Shown here: one piece after another, positions 48,997-60,483 of the stretch
Layout of the letters: each line of letters starts with the position of its first letter
Position numbering within the stretch: the first letter of the stretch is position 1
Source: Selaginella moellendorffii
Taxonomy: Eukaryota; Plantae; Lycopodiophyta
DNA length: 64,000 nt
Direction: 5' to 3'
NCBI RefSeq assembly: GCF_000143415.4
Contig: NW_003314278.1
Coordinates: 1,934,362 to 1,998,361 of the forward strand
Notes under the pieces: generated by a model
What the model was told of the DNA's origin: nothing
What the model saw: the letters and a program-made list of their open reading frames with translations, nothing else
The model's database searches: none
Program-made: the position numbers and the translations under genes

Positions 48997-51900
48997 ATGG
49001 CCGCGCTTCTGGCCGACGGCATTGCCGCGGCGCGCGTCCTCTCGAGCTGCCTGGATCGCGGCGCCAGGGATCAGAATGTCGCATCGGCGCGATTTGTTTG
49101 CGGGAGCGTCAAGAGTCCGCATTTGCTTCACCGGTAGGCGCTGCTTGTGGTCGCACTGGCTGATTTTCTGTGGCAGATCGAAGCAGCAACGAGGATTGAA
49201 GCGAGCTGCTAGCATTCATATCGCTGCTTCTACTACAGGTACTCTTTTTAGTTTTTAGATGACACCCGCATGAAAGGATGTGTTCTAGATTTGATCGCGC
49301 CCGAGGAGAGCAAGACGGTGCATAGCTTGCCGCAAGGGGAATCGTGGTCCGTGCACAAATTTGGTGGGACGTGCGTGGGAACTTGCGAGAGGATACAAAA
49401 TGTGGCTGACATCGTCGTCTCCGATCCATCGCAACGCAAAGTCGTCGTTGTCTCGGCGATGTCCAAGGTCACGGACGTGCTCTATCATCTTGTGGAGGCT
49501 GCGGGCTCTCGGAAAGAATCCTACATTGAGTCGCTCAATCTTCTCCTACAAAAGCACAAGGAAACTGCGAGAGCGCTGCTAGTTGAAGGAGCGGACCTGG
49601 AGAAGTTTCTAGCCAAGCTTGAAGACGACATTCGGAACCTCCAAGCCATGCTTCGTGCTATATACATTGGTCCGGTTTGTGATCCCTGTCCGTGAATTTT
49701 TCCTTCTGACGTGTGTTGTGTGCTTTGGCAGCCGGACATGCTACGGAGTCTTTCACAGATTTTGTTGTCGGACATGGTGAACTATGGTCTGCTCAAATGC
49801 TCTGTGCTGCTGTGAATAAGGTACACTTGATTGTGGAGATCACTTCATCTGTTTATCTTTTAACAGAGGGGTCTCTCTGCTGCATGGATGGATGCAAGAG
49901 AAGTGCTTGTTGTTACTCCAACCAGTACAAACCAAGTTGATCCCGATTTTGCATCGTCCGAGACGAGGCTATTCGATTGGTATGCACGCAATCCAGCTGA
50001 CACCATTATAGTGACAGGCTTCATAGCTAACACACCCGACAACGTCCCAACCACGTTGAAACGAGATGGGAGCGATTTTTCTGCCGCCATAATGGGGTCT
50101 TTATTCCGTGCGGCCAACGTGACGATTTGGACTGATGTAGATGGGGTTTACAGTGCTGATCCACGAAAAGGTATGGCTAAGAATTTGACGAAAAGAGGAA
50201 ATGGTGTCTTAAAGGCTGAAGATGTCTCCAGTAAGCGAAGCCGTTGTGCTGAGCACCCTGTCTTACCAAGAAGCTTGGGAGATGGTAAGAGCAATCTCCT
50301 TTTCGTTGAAGCTCTGACAACACGGTGTTGCAGTCCTACTTTGGAGCAAACGTGTTACACCCACGAACAACTTTACCTGTGATGAAGTATAACATTCCGA
50401 TTACAATACGGAATGTCTTCAATCTCTCTGCTTCTGGGACGAAGATATGTCGCACTTATGAAAGCACCGATGACGAATTTCGGGCAGCAAATTCAGTGGT
50501 CAAAGGTTTTGCAACAGTCGACAACTTGGCACTGGTGAATGTGGAAGGGTAAGAAGCTTTATTAATACCTGCTGGCTACTAGACATGTGCTTTTGCTTTC
50601 AGCACTGGAATGGCTGGTGTGCCCGGAACCGCGAGTACCATATTTGAAGCGGTCAAGGAGGTTGGCGCAAACGTTGTTATGATCTCTCAGGTTAGCATTT
50701 GACTTGTTGGACCTTGTGGTGATACTTCGTATGACAGGGCAGTAGCGAACATTCCGTCTGCTTTGCGGTTCCAGAAAAAGAAGTGAAGGCAGTGTCTAAA
50801 GCACTCGAGAAAAAGTTCAAAAGGGCCTTGGACGCCGGAAGACTGTCTAAGGTATCTCCTCGTGCTTGACTCTTTCTTTTCTAATTTAATTATGTTACGT
50901 GCTTTCAGATAGAGATCGTGCCGAACTGTAGCATTTTGGCGGCAGTTGGACAGAAAATGGCTAGCACTCCTGGAGTCAGTGCGACATTATTTGACGCCCT
51001 TGCGAAAGTAAGAATCTTGAGTTCTTGCAGTCTTGTTTCAACCTGTCGATGCAGGCAAATATTAACGTTCGGGCCATCGCTCAAGGTTGTTCGGAATATA
51101 ATATTACAGTGGTGGTGAATCAAGACAACTCTGCGAAAGCTCTTAAGGCGGCACACTCTCGCTTTTATCTTTCGAGGACTCCCTTGGCCGTGGGCATTGT
51201 CGGCCCGGGCCTTATTGGAGGAACACTTCTTGACCAATTGAAAGATCAGGTATGAGTTTGAACCTTCGAACTGCTTTGAAAATATTTTATGTTCAGGCAG
51301 CACCCCTGAAGGAGGATTTTAATATCGATTTGCGGGTGCTAGGTGTTATTGGATCGAAGAAAATGGCGCTTAGTCATTCGTAAGTGCATGGAAAACTTCT
51401 GCTGTGTATTATACTGAGCTTCCAAATTCTTCTAGGGGCTTGAACCTTTCAAATTGGAGGTCTACTTTGAAAGAGGAAGGTGAAGAAGCAGATCTCGAAA
51501 AGTTTACGGCACATTTATGTTGCAGTCATCCGATCCCCAATATCGTCGTTGTAGACTGCACAGCAAGTTCTGATATACCAGATTGGTACTATCCATGGAT
51601 GCGAAAAGGCATGCATATAGTTACGCCAAACAAGAAGGCTAACTCAGGCTCACTCGACAAGGTAATCGTCAGTATTTTTTCTGCTCTGCTCTAATTGCTC
51701 AAGCGTTCATTTTACAGTACTTGCGTTTGAAGGAGCTTCAGAGAAAATCGTACACGCACTATTTTTACGAAGGGACTGTCGGGGCAGGACTGCCAATCCT
51801 AAGCACACTGCAGGGGCTACTTGAAACTGGCGATAAAATCCACACAGTCGAAGGAATTTTCAGGTGCGGATTTCTTATGCGTGACGGCGTTACCTTGTTA

Positions 51901-52647
51901 ACGATTCTAAAACGCAGTGGCACATTGAGCTATATATTCAACAACTTCCATGGTCAAAAGACATTCAGTGAAATTGTCAAGGAGGCAAAGGCTGCGGGCT
52001 ACACGGAGCCTGATCCCCGTGACGATCTCTCTGGGATGGATGTTGCAAGAAAGGTAAGTTGTCCCTTTGATTGACAGAGATCATAAAAAATTTTTTTGTC
52101 TGTTCAGGTTATTATTCTAGCTCGGGAATGTGGCTTGAAGCTGGAGTTGGACGATATATGCCTGGAAAACCTCGTTCCAGAGCCTCTGCGAGTAAGTTAA
52201 CTCGGTGCCTTTCCTTCAACACACATGATCGGCATCTTTTTTCCAGGGATGTGAAAATGTGGATGAGTTTATGGACAAGCTTCCCGAGTACGATCAGGCG
52301 ATTGCAGCCAGGAGAGAGCAAGCTGAAGAATCAGACGAGGTTTTCCATTCTCTGCTTTGTTTCCAGACTAAAAGCGGTCCTTTTTTCTTCTATCACACCA
52401 GGTGCTGTGTTACGTGGGTGTAGTCGACGTACTCGCGAGCCAAGGCCGAGTTGAGCTGCGGAGATATCCAAAGTCACACGCATTCGCGCAGCTCTCCGGG
52501 AGCGACAACATAATCGCCTTCACGACTGCGAGATACAAAAAGCAGCCATTGATCGTGAGAGGACCCGGAGCTGGGGCCGAAGTCACAGCTGCGGGCGTTT
52601 TTAGCGACATTCTCAGGCTCGCATCCTACTTGGGAGCACCTTCCTAG
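48997..52647 (+). CDS. AK-HSDH: Bifunctional aspartate kinase / homoserine dehydrogenase, plastid, multi-exon
   Basis: HKFGGTCVG, TTLKRDGSDFSAA, WTDVDGVYSADP, ACT domains, GPGLIGG, YEGTVGAGLP, GYTEPDPRDDLSG, GPGAGAEVTA. Confidence 0.96.
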
Positions 52648-52747
52648 ACAATCTCGAGCACCAAAAGCTAGAGAAAGAAGAACGAGGTATGACATTTTGA
52701 GAAGAAAGATCTATGTTTTATTGATCTCTGGCTTTCTACGTTTCCTT

Positions 52748-53088
52748 TCAGCTAGAAGAACCTGTGAAGTTCATTCCATAAGTCGTTCCAGCCATCAATA
52801 AAACAGTGGTCATTTGCGAGACGACGCGAGCTCTCATCCAGTACTGGCTGTGCTTGACGTTGCCCTTTTTGAAGCTCCACAGGCCACTCGCGAGAATTGC
52901 CGCTGTAGCGAAGCACCCTGTTCTTCGTGAAATTAGAAATGTCCGCCCAGAGGATGGCGCAAATGCGAGAAGAGATGGAGCGTACCTATGGGTACCAAAA
53001 TGCTGCGCGGCCTTTTGTTCGCAAACAAATCTTGCGTCGCGTCCGAGTCGGTCCAATCGCTCTCGTTCTTGTTTACAACCTCCCCCAT
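52748..53088 (-). CDS. HIG1 (hypoxia-induced gene) domain protein, two exons
   Basis: LVPI|GCFATAAILASGLWSFKKGN..SQYWMRARV..Q. Confidence 0.85.
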
Positions 53089-53215
53089 CCCGAAAAACCC
53101 TAAAACTCGACGAAGTAGCGAATATTCTTTACCGCTGCCACGTGTTTGTGAGAGATGTCCACGTGTCACAATGAATCTCCGCCACATGTCACCGATATCA
53201 AGAGTTTAGGGTTCT

Positions 53216-54955
53216 ATGCGAAAAACTCGAGAGAGAGGCCTGTGCACAGCTAGGGATCGCATTTTTGGGGCGGATTCGAGCTCTCAGGGAGGTAAATACG
53301 ATAGAAGTTGCTCCAGCGGCGCCAGGAAGGAGCTAGATCAGGCGGTAGCAAGGCTCGAGTCGGAGAGATCTGCGGCTAGCCGCGACAGCTACGAGCAGCT
53401 CTTGAGGCAATGCGGCAGCTCCAAATCCCTGCTCCATGGGAGGCGTGTCCACTCCCACATTGCCACTGTGGGGAAATCCCTTCTCGGCCCTTGTCTCCAG
53501 AACGCGCTGGTCCAAATGTATGGCAAATGCGGCAGCATGAAGGAGGCGCTCGCGGTTTTTTCCACCATAGCCAGGAAGAACACGTACTCGTACAACATTC
53601 TCATCTCCGCGGCTGCCAGGAACGGCCTCTACAGGGAAGCTCTCGACGCATTCGAGCGCATGAAAAGAGAAGGGATTCCTCGCGACAAGTTCACGTACGC
53701 GGATGTGATCACCGCCTGCTGCTCCCTCAAGGATCTGGCTAGAGGCCGAGCTGTTCACGCTGGCCTCCTCGTCTCCGGCATCCAGCCGGATGATTTCCTC
53801 CGCGTGGCTTTGCTCAACATGTACGCCAAGCTCGGGAGCTTGGGCGAGGCCACCCGGATCTTCCACTCCATGCCAACGGACAACGTCGTCGCCTGGAACG
53901 TGATGATCGCGGCATTCTCACAGAGCGATCAGCCATCCTTGGCGCTCGAGTTCTACTGGAAGATGCTGGCCGGGGGCACAAGGCCGGACTTTTGCACGCT
54001 CATCAGCACCCTGAGCGCCGTGTCGTGCTTGAGGCGTCTCTCGCATGGCCGCGCGATCCACGACTCGATCCAGGCGCACGGCTATTGCTCGGACGTGATC
54101 CTGGACACCGCGCTCGTCGACATGTATGGAAAATGTGGCAGCCTCGACGACGCGAGGATGGTTTTCGACAAGATGCCCGCGAGAGACATCGTCACCTGGA
54201 ATGCGATGATCGCAGCTTACTCCCAGCACGGCCAAGGGGACAAAGCTTTCGAGCTGTACGCGGAGATGGAGCCGCAGGGATTCAAGCCGGAGCTCGTCAC
54301 ACTCGTCAACCTCCTCACCGCGAGCTGCTGCTTGGGCGATTTGAGCCGGGGGAAAGCAATCCATTCCCGGATAATCGATGACAAGCTGGAGCTCACGCTC
54401 GTTGCCGAGAACGCCATCGTCAACATGTACGCCAAGTGTGGAAGCCTCGCGCAGGCGAAGCTCGCGTTCGATGGGATGATCCACCCGAGGGACGTGATCA
54501 GCTGGAACGCGATCATAGCTGGGAATGCCGAGAACGGTGGCACCGAGACCTCGCTCCAGCTCGCCAAGGACATGGTTCACGACGGCGTGGCGCCCGACGC
54601 GACGACTTTCACCTGCGTGCTGCTGTGCTGCAGCCATGGAGGGCAGCTGGACCAAGGTAGGAGCTACTTCCTCTCCATGGTTTCGGATTTCCAGCTCTCA
54701 CCATCGTCTGCGCATTACCAGAGCCTGATCGATCTGCTGGGACGGGCCGGGCGGCTCGAGGAAGCGGAGGAGCTTATGAGCGTGATGCCATACCAGCCAG
54801 GAGTTGCGGGAGTGCGAGCTTACCTGGGGGCCTGCCGGACGCACTTTGACGAGGAGAGAGGATCGTCTGCTGGAGAGCTCGCCTGGGAGATGTACCCCGA
54901 CGATCCCTCCAGCTACGTCCTCACGTCAAACATCGTTCGCCACACCGCGGTATGA
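53216..54955 (+). CDS. PLS-class PPR protein with E domain
   Basis: Intronless 579-aa ORF; NALVQMYGKCGS and TALVDMYGKCGS triplets; HYQSLIDLLGRAG. Confidence 0.93.
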   Translation: MRKTRERGLCTARDRIFGADSSSQGGKYDRSCSSGARKELDQAVARLESERSAASRDSYEQLLRQCGSSKSLLHGRRVHSHIATVGKSLLGPCLQNALVQMYGKCGSMKEALAVFSTIARKNTYSYNILISAAARNGLYREALDAFERMKREGIPRDKFTYADVITACCSLKDLARGRAVHAGLLVSGIQPDDFLRVALLNMYAKLGSLGEATRIFHSMPTDNVVAWNVMIAAFSQSDQPSLALEFYWKMLAGGTRPDFCTLISTLSAVSCLRRLSHGRAIHDSIQAHGYCSDVILDTALVDMYGKCGSLDDARMVFDKMPARDIVTWNAMIAAYSQHGQGDKAFELYAEMEPQGFKPELVTLVNLLTASCCLGDLSRGKAIHSRIIDDKLELTLVAENAIVNMYAKCGSLAQAKLAFDGMIHPRDVISWNAIIAGNAENGGTETSLQLAKDMVHDGVAPDATTFTCVLLCCSHGGQLDQGRSYFLSMVSDFQLSPSSAHYQSLIDLLGRAGRLEEAEELMSVMPYQPGVAGVRAYLGACRTHFDEERGSSAGELAWEMYPDDPSSYVLTSNIVRHTAV

Positions 54956-55030
54956 TCCTCTCAAAGATCTTTCTTTTCTTTATTGATGGAAGCCTTTGCC
55001 TCAATCCTGGCAGAAGTAAAACTCTGGATA

Positions 55031-55816
55031 TCATCTCGACAGCTCTTCCTGGTGGCGATGAAAGTGGTCATCGACTATGGCATCAAGTAGCGGTTCCACA
55101 AGCCCTCCGGAATCGCTATCTAGCAAAGCGCTCATTGCCACAGACTTGTGGGGAGCCGTGTCATACATCTCCTTGGCATGCGTTGCCCAGCCATGGCTAA
55201 CCAGAGCTCCTATCCAAACAACGTACGCCGCATTGCCGTGGAGAGGCATCAGCCGAAACGCATCGCTCGCTTCGTCCACAAGTCCATTGCGAGCGTAGCC
55301 ACGCAGCAGCACTATCCACAAGATCGAGTTTCGCTCACGGGTGCTGTCAAAGACCATCTTTGCCTGTTCCATGGCGCCCGCCTTCGCATAAGTATCAACC
55401 ATAGCCGCCAACTTTGCAGTAGCGTGTGTCCGCGGTATGTTTTCCAGGACGCTAGTGTCCCACTCGGGCATCTTGGCGAAAACGTTTCGGGCATCTTCGT
55501 CCTGCCCGGCTCTCGCCAGAGCCGCGAGGATCGTGTTCCAGGACACCACATCCCTCTTCCCTTCCATCCTCTCGAAGCAATCCATGGCTTCCCGGACGCG
55601 GCCACACTTGGAGTAGCAACTCAGGAGCGCGTTCCACGCGACAGTGTTGACTTCTCGCGATGGGATCCGATCGAACGCCGCCTTTGCATCCTCGGGCTTG
55701 CACTGCTCGGCATAGCTTCCAATCATAGCTAATCCCTCTTCCTTGGTGTTCTTGAGCGAAATATTTATGCCAGAGCCATAGAGAATTTTACTTACCAGAT
55801 TCATTAGTTTATTCAT
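55031..55816 (-). CDS. Short or truncated PPR protein
   Basis: 262-aa ORF with VAWNALLSCYSKCG and VVSWNTILAALARAG motifs; no E domain. Confidence 0.65.
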   Translation of the reverse strand: MNKLMNLVSKILYGSGINISLKNTKEEGLAMIGSYAEQCKPEDAKAAFDRIPSREVNTVAWNALLSCYSKCGRVREAMDCFERMEGKRDVVSWNTILAALARAGQDEDARNVFAKMPEWDTSVLENIPRTHATAKLAAMVDTYAKAGAMEQAKMVFDSTRERNSILWIVLLRGYARNGLVDEASDAFRLMPLHGNAAYVVWIGALVSHGWATHAKEMYDTAPHKSVAMSALLDSDSGGLVEPLLDAIVDDHFHRHQEELSR

Positions 55817-55999
55817 CAACTTGCCTCGCCGCCCTGAGGTACGATCACGCTCAAACGACCTGGATTAATAGCAACCGTCAAGTATGCAATGAACGGCCTG
55901 GATTGATCGTAAGCGACTGACGGTGTAGATCAATTTCAATTCATCTTTCTCCTGCGCGGAGCCAAATTTCCTGTCTTTCTTCTACCGCCATGGAAGTTT

Positions 56000-58028
56000 G
56001 TGATCGAATTTGGGAAGCACAAGGGCCAGAAGCTCGGAGAAATTCCTCTTGGCTATCTTCGCTGGGTATCGACTAAAATGGCGAACGAGAAGATCGGGAA
56101 GATCGCAATGGAAGTTCTCCGGCAGCGGCAGATCTCGACCCCATCGCGGGTGCCAGTAGAGCAACAATCGCCAGCGCCAGGTGATCTCTTGATCTCGATC
56201 CCAGGTGATCAAGATCACGAAATCCAGCTGCGCCGCGGGCGTCATGTCCAAGAACGCACAGGGGTCGTCGAATTCGCGAGCGTGGATCTGTGCGTCTCTG
56301 CACTGCGAGGCTTCAGCGGCGGGATCGTCGAAGCCCGGGCTCTGGAGGAGCGCGTCGTCTCCAGCGCCAGAGTGTTCGCAGCAAATCGCCGCTACTTGTC
56401 CAACCTCCTGCTGCTCGCCTATGGCAAATGCGGCGGGGGCGTGAGCGACGCAGTCCGGATCTTCACGGCGATGAGCAGCAAGGATCACTACTCCTGGAAC
56501 ACCATGCTCAAGGTCTTTCTCGACAACCATCTCTGGCTGGAAGCGGAGAGGCTCTTCAACGAGATGGCACCTGGTGTGGCCAACTGCATCGCTTGCACCG
56601 AGATGATCTCTCTGTATTCTTCGCAGGGGAGAGTGGCGGACGCTTGCGCAGCCTTCGATCGCATTCTTTCGCCGGACACAACCGCATGGAACGCCTTGAT
56701 GGCGTGCTTCATGAGGAACGAGGTCTCCACTGATGCCCTCACTGCGTGTTTCGAGCGAATTCCCCACAAGGATCAAGTATCATGGAACCTTCTCCTTGCA
56801 GGGCTGGGGAGAGCTGGGCATCTCGCATTCCAGAAGATGCCCGTGTGGGATTTGGTTGCCCTCAACACGTTGGTCGAGAAGAGGGGAGCTGCCGGCGAGA
56901 GGGCGAGAGAAGAATCGTGTGATCTGCGTGCCAGCGAGAAGGACATCGTCTCCTGGGCTCTCCTCCTGCGCGAGTATGCCCACAATGGGCAGCTCGAGGA
57001 GCTCGGCACCTGCTTTTTCAAGATGCCGTGCCACAACGAGGTGGTGGCAACGCTGGTGGCATCCGCCTTTGGCAAGCAGGGGTACGTGGAAGCGACAAAG
57101 GCCGTGTTTGATCGAGTGCATGGCATTGGATCGTGGACCGCGCTCGTCACGGCAAATTCCCGCGCTGGAGAGCTTGCCGAGGCGGAAAAGCTTTTCTACC
57201 TCATGCCAATGTGGGGCATTGAATCGTCTACTGCGATTATGTCCGTGTATGCAAGAAACGACCTGGTGGACAAGTGCGACTGGGTGTTTTCCGATCTCAT
57301 GCAACACCGTGACGCCACCACCTGGACTGTGCTCATTGCCGCATATGCTCACTCAGGATACTCACTCTGCGCGCGTTCCGTTTTGGAGAGGATGCCGATG
57401 ACGGAGCTCACGAGCTGGAATGCAATGCTCAACTCGGAAAGAATCCCTTCCGAGGATCATCTAATGGATCTGTTCAACGAAATGCCGGAGCGCGACATAA
57501 ACTCCTGGACTCTCATGGTGTCCGCATTTGCCAAGCGCAGGGACATGTCTACCGCGCTGAAGCTTCTGGATCTGTGCCCGGCGTGGGCAGCCAGCGTCTG
57601 GAACGCGGTGATTTCTGGATATGGACGCCATGCTTGCGTTGAAGAGGCAGTGGGGGCGTTTTTCAAGATGCTACTTGACGATGTGGAGCCCGATTCCGTC
57701 ACCTTCGTCTGTCTGTTGGGAGCGATGAGCCTTGCCGGAGATGTGGAGAAGGTGAGGGCATGGTTCCTGGTTCTGCGGGACTTTGATATTGGAGAGGAGA
57801 GGTGCGCTTGCTTGAGCAGGCAAGGTGAGCGAAGCTGAAGAACTCCAGGCAACCATGCCCTTCACTGCCGATACGGGCACCATGTTTGCTCTACTAAATG
57901 CGAGCAACCTCGAGGGAGACCATAAGGGTGCTTCGAAGGCAGCTCGGGAAGTGATGTGCCTGAAATCAAGTAACACTGAAGTTGTCATGGCCAACATCTT
58001 GCTCAGTCACGCCAACAAAGGGGCGTGA
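56000..58028 (+). CDS. Divergent PLS-class PPR protein with N-terminal FGKHKG..YLRW module; E domain frameshifted (possible pseudogene)
   Basis: 612-aa ORF 56000-57838 plus E-domain remnant 57825-58028 in another frame. Confidence 0.7.
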
Positions 58029-58663
58029 CGCTCAGTTTTCGTGCTGGATGATTAGGGGAGGCACTAAAAATTCTGATAAGTTGAGTATATGATGCAAATT
58101 TTGCGTCGTTGAGAGTGTCGGGGGTCAAAATTTTGCGAGAGTCCAGTGTCAAAAATGATGCTGCTGTGAAACTTGGGGTGCCATTCTTGGCTGTCTATTC
58201 CCTGCTGAGAATTGAGATGCTGGTACCAATTTGGTGAACTAGCGTCAATGCCTTCAAAAGCTGTTGCAAAAATTGTGCAGCTTCGACCTGGCTGTGTCTT
58301 TGTGAAGAATGGAGCTAAGCTGGAGTTAGGAGCTGGGTTTCAAGCTACAAAATGCTATCTCGGTTGTCAGGAAAGTCGTGGAAAAATTCGTTAAGTGGGG
58401 CTGAGAACCTGCTGTGTTGTCGCCAACTTCGTAGAATATTATCCCGCATTACTAAAATGTTGCATACAACTTCTTGGAATAAGAAAAATAAAGAGACTGG
58501 TCGTATTTCCACCGGATGACGAGTTGCAAGACATAAGTTCCGTCCTTGCGATTTGCAAGCACTTGTCGAGCTTCTGCTGATGGCACCACTGGGATTCTTC
58601 TCAGGAAGTACAGGGAGATAGCTAGAAAGCACTGCCTCTGACCAAGAACGCGAGAACCATGAT

Positions 58664-59699
58664 CTACCTCTTGACCCACTGGAATCCCCTGCGAGCCTTA
58701 GCTCGTCCCGGCTTCTTTCTCTCCACGATTCTTGGATCCCTGGTAAGATAGCCACCTGCGATTGCCGGAAAGATCAACACATTCGCAACTAAAAGCAAAA
58801 GACTTTTACCTCGTCGTAGGGGAAGCCGGAGAGACGGATCAAAAAGCTGGATTGCTCGGCTGATGCCATGCCTCACAGCTCCTGCCTGCCCTGAATTCCA
58901 AGAAGAGAAGCAAATCAGTTCTTGCGAAGAATGTGACACGAAGAAACCAAGAGAAAATCCAGACCTGAGAGACCACCACCTCTCACGAGTGCTTTCACGT
59001 CAAACTTTCCCAGCGTGTTCGTCACGCAGAATGGCTCCAGTATGTGGACGCGATGATCCAGCTGCCTGAAGTAGAGATCGTGGCTCATCTTGTTCACCAT
59101 GATGTTACCACTCCCCTCCGAGAGCCACACACTGGCCTGGCTCGTCTTCCTCCCGCCTCGAGCATACGATCGCCCTTGATCGTCCACCACTCTCACCCTC
59201 GAGTCGGCCAACTTCTTGAGTCTCTGCATCTCAGCCACTCGCCGCTTCTCCTTGAGGCGCATCTTGATCTCGTCCGGTGACAGCTCCTCCAGGATCGGTC
59301 GCTGCTCCTCGGGGAAATCCTCCGACTTGAACCAGCTGCTTAGCTCCGCGTCGGTCAGAGACAGCGCCCCAAAGAGCTCTCCAAATGTGGGCTCTTTCTT
59401 CCCTGCACGATTGCATCCACTATCGATAAGAAATTCGATTAAAACAAACAAAAGAGAAATTCGACTCCCCAGAAGAAAGAAGAACGAACCCTTTCTAGGC
59501 TAGGAGACTCACCTCGCTTGGATTCCTGGGCCCTCCGGACGGTGTCCGTCTTGACATCCTGGATGATATCATCCAGCATCTCAATCTGCGCGTCGCGCTC
59601 CTCTTTCCCAGCATTGGCATCACTAGGTCGATCGCAGAAGTGCCGACATCCAGAGGGAAGCCGCCAGCGTCCATGCCTCCTCAGTGCCAGTCGCAGCAT
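58664..59699 (-). CDS. RPS9: Mitochondrial ribosomal protein S9, multi-exon
   Basis: [19 protein letters not shown]|[40 protein letters not shown]; Arg-rich presequence. Confidence 0.93.
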
Positions 59700-60483
59700 T
59701 AAACCCTAGAGTTGCCTCAGCAATGTAAGCATCTATTAGTCGAGGTAAAAGAGGATCGTGCCCCGTCCACAACCTCGCTTTTTGTAAATTCCTGTAGAGC
59801 AAGTAGAATCGGTTAAAGTTTTCTTTTTTCCTGACGTGGAGATCCAAACTTCCTGATTTTGTGAAACTCTTGCGGAAGAACCCTTAAAAAGTTGACAAAC
59901 GATGGGGTTGGAGCTTGCAAAATTATCCACCTTTAGAATGATTCGCCATCGAAGGCGAGCAAAACGTCGACCTTCTGTCAGAGGGTACATCTTGCTCACA
60001 AGAACACTGGTTTTTTCGAATCATCTTCAAGCTGCTTGTTTTCGGTTGTTTAGGCTTTTCATCTTTGTCTTGCAGAGACATTATTCCCGTGCCACTCATC
60101 AAGCATTTTTTGAGCGACGTATGGTGTGCTAAACAATTTCAGCTTCTTTACTTCAGCGTTGGAAAAGCCGAAGCACTGTTTCTTGGATTAACAGCAGCTG
60201 TAAGATGAAATCCACCATGGACTCGACTCGCCGAATATTATTGTCACCTAGAACGAGTTATATCTATATAAAGATTTATACTTTTATTGACCATATTAAT
60301 TGATAAGAATGGCAGATATGAATGTTCCAAATGATTTTCTTGCGCCATACTCCTGCTGGCCGTCGGATGCGCTCCTCCCATCGTGGCCGCCCACATCGTC
60401 ACAATAAAATTAGTGTGGGTTCCGATCAGGGAGGACAAAAATAAAATAGTCTTATTAACAATTGATATCAAACAAAAATTCGT

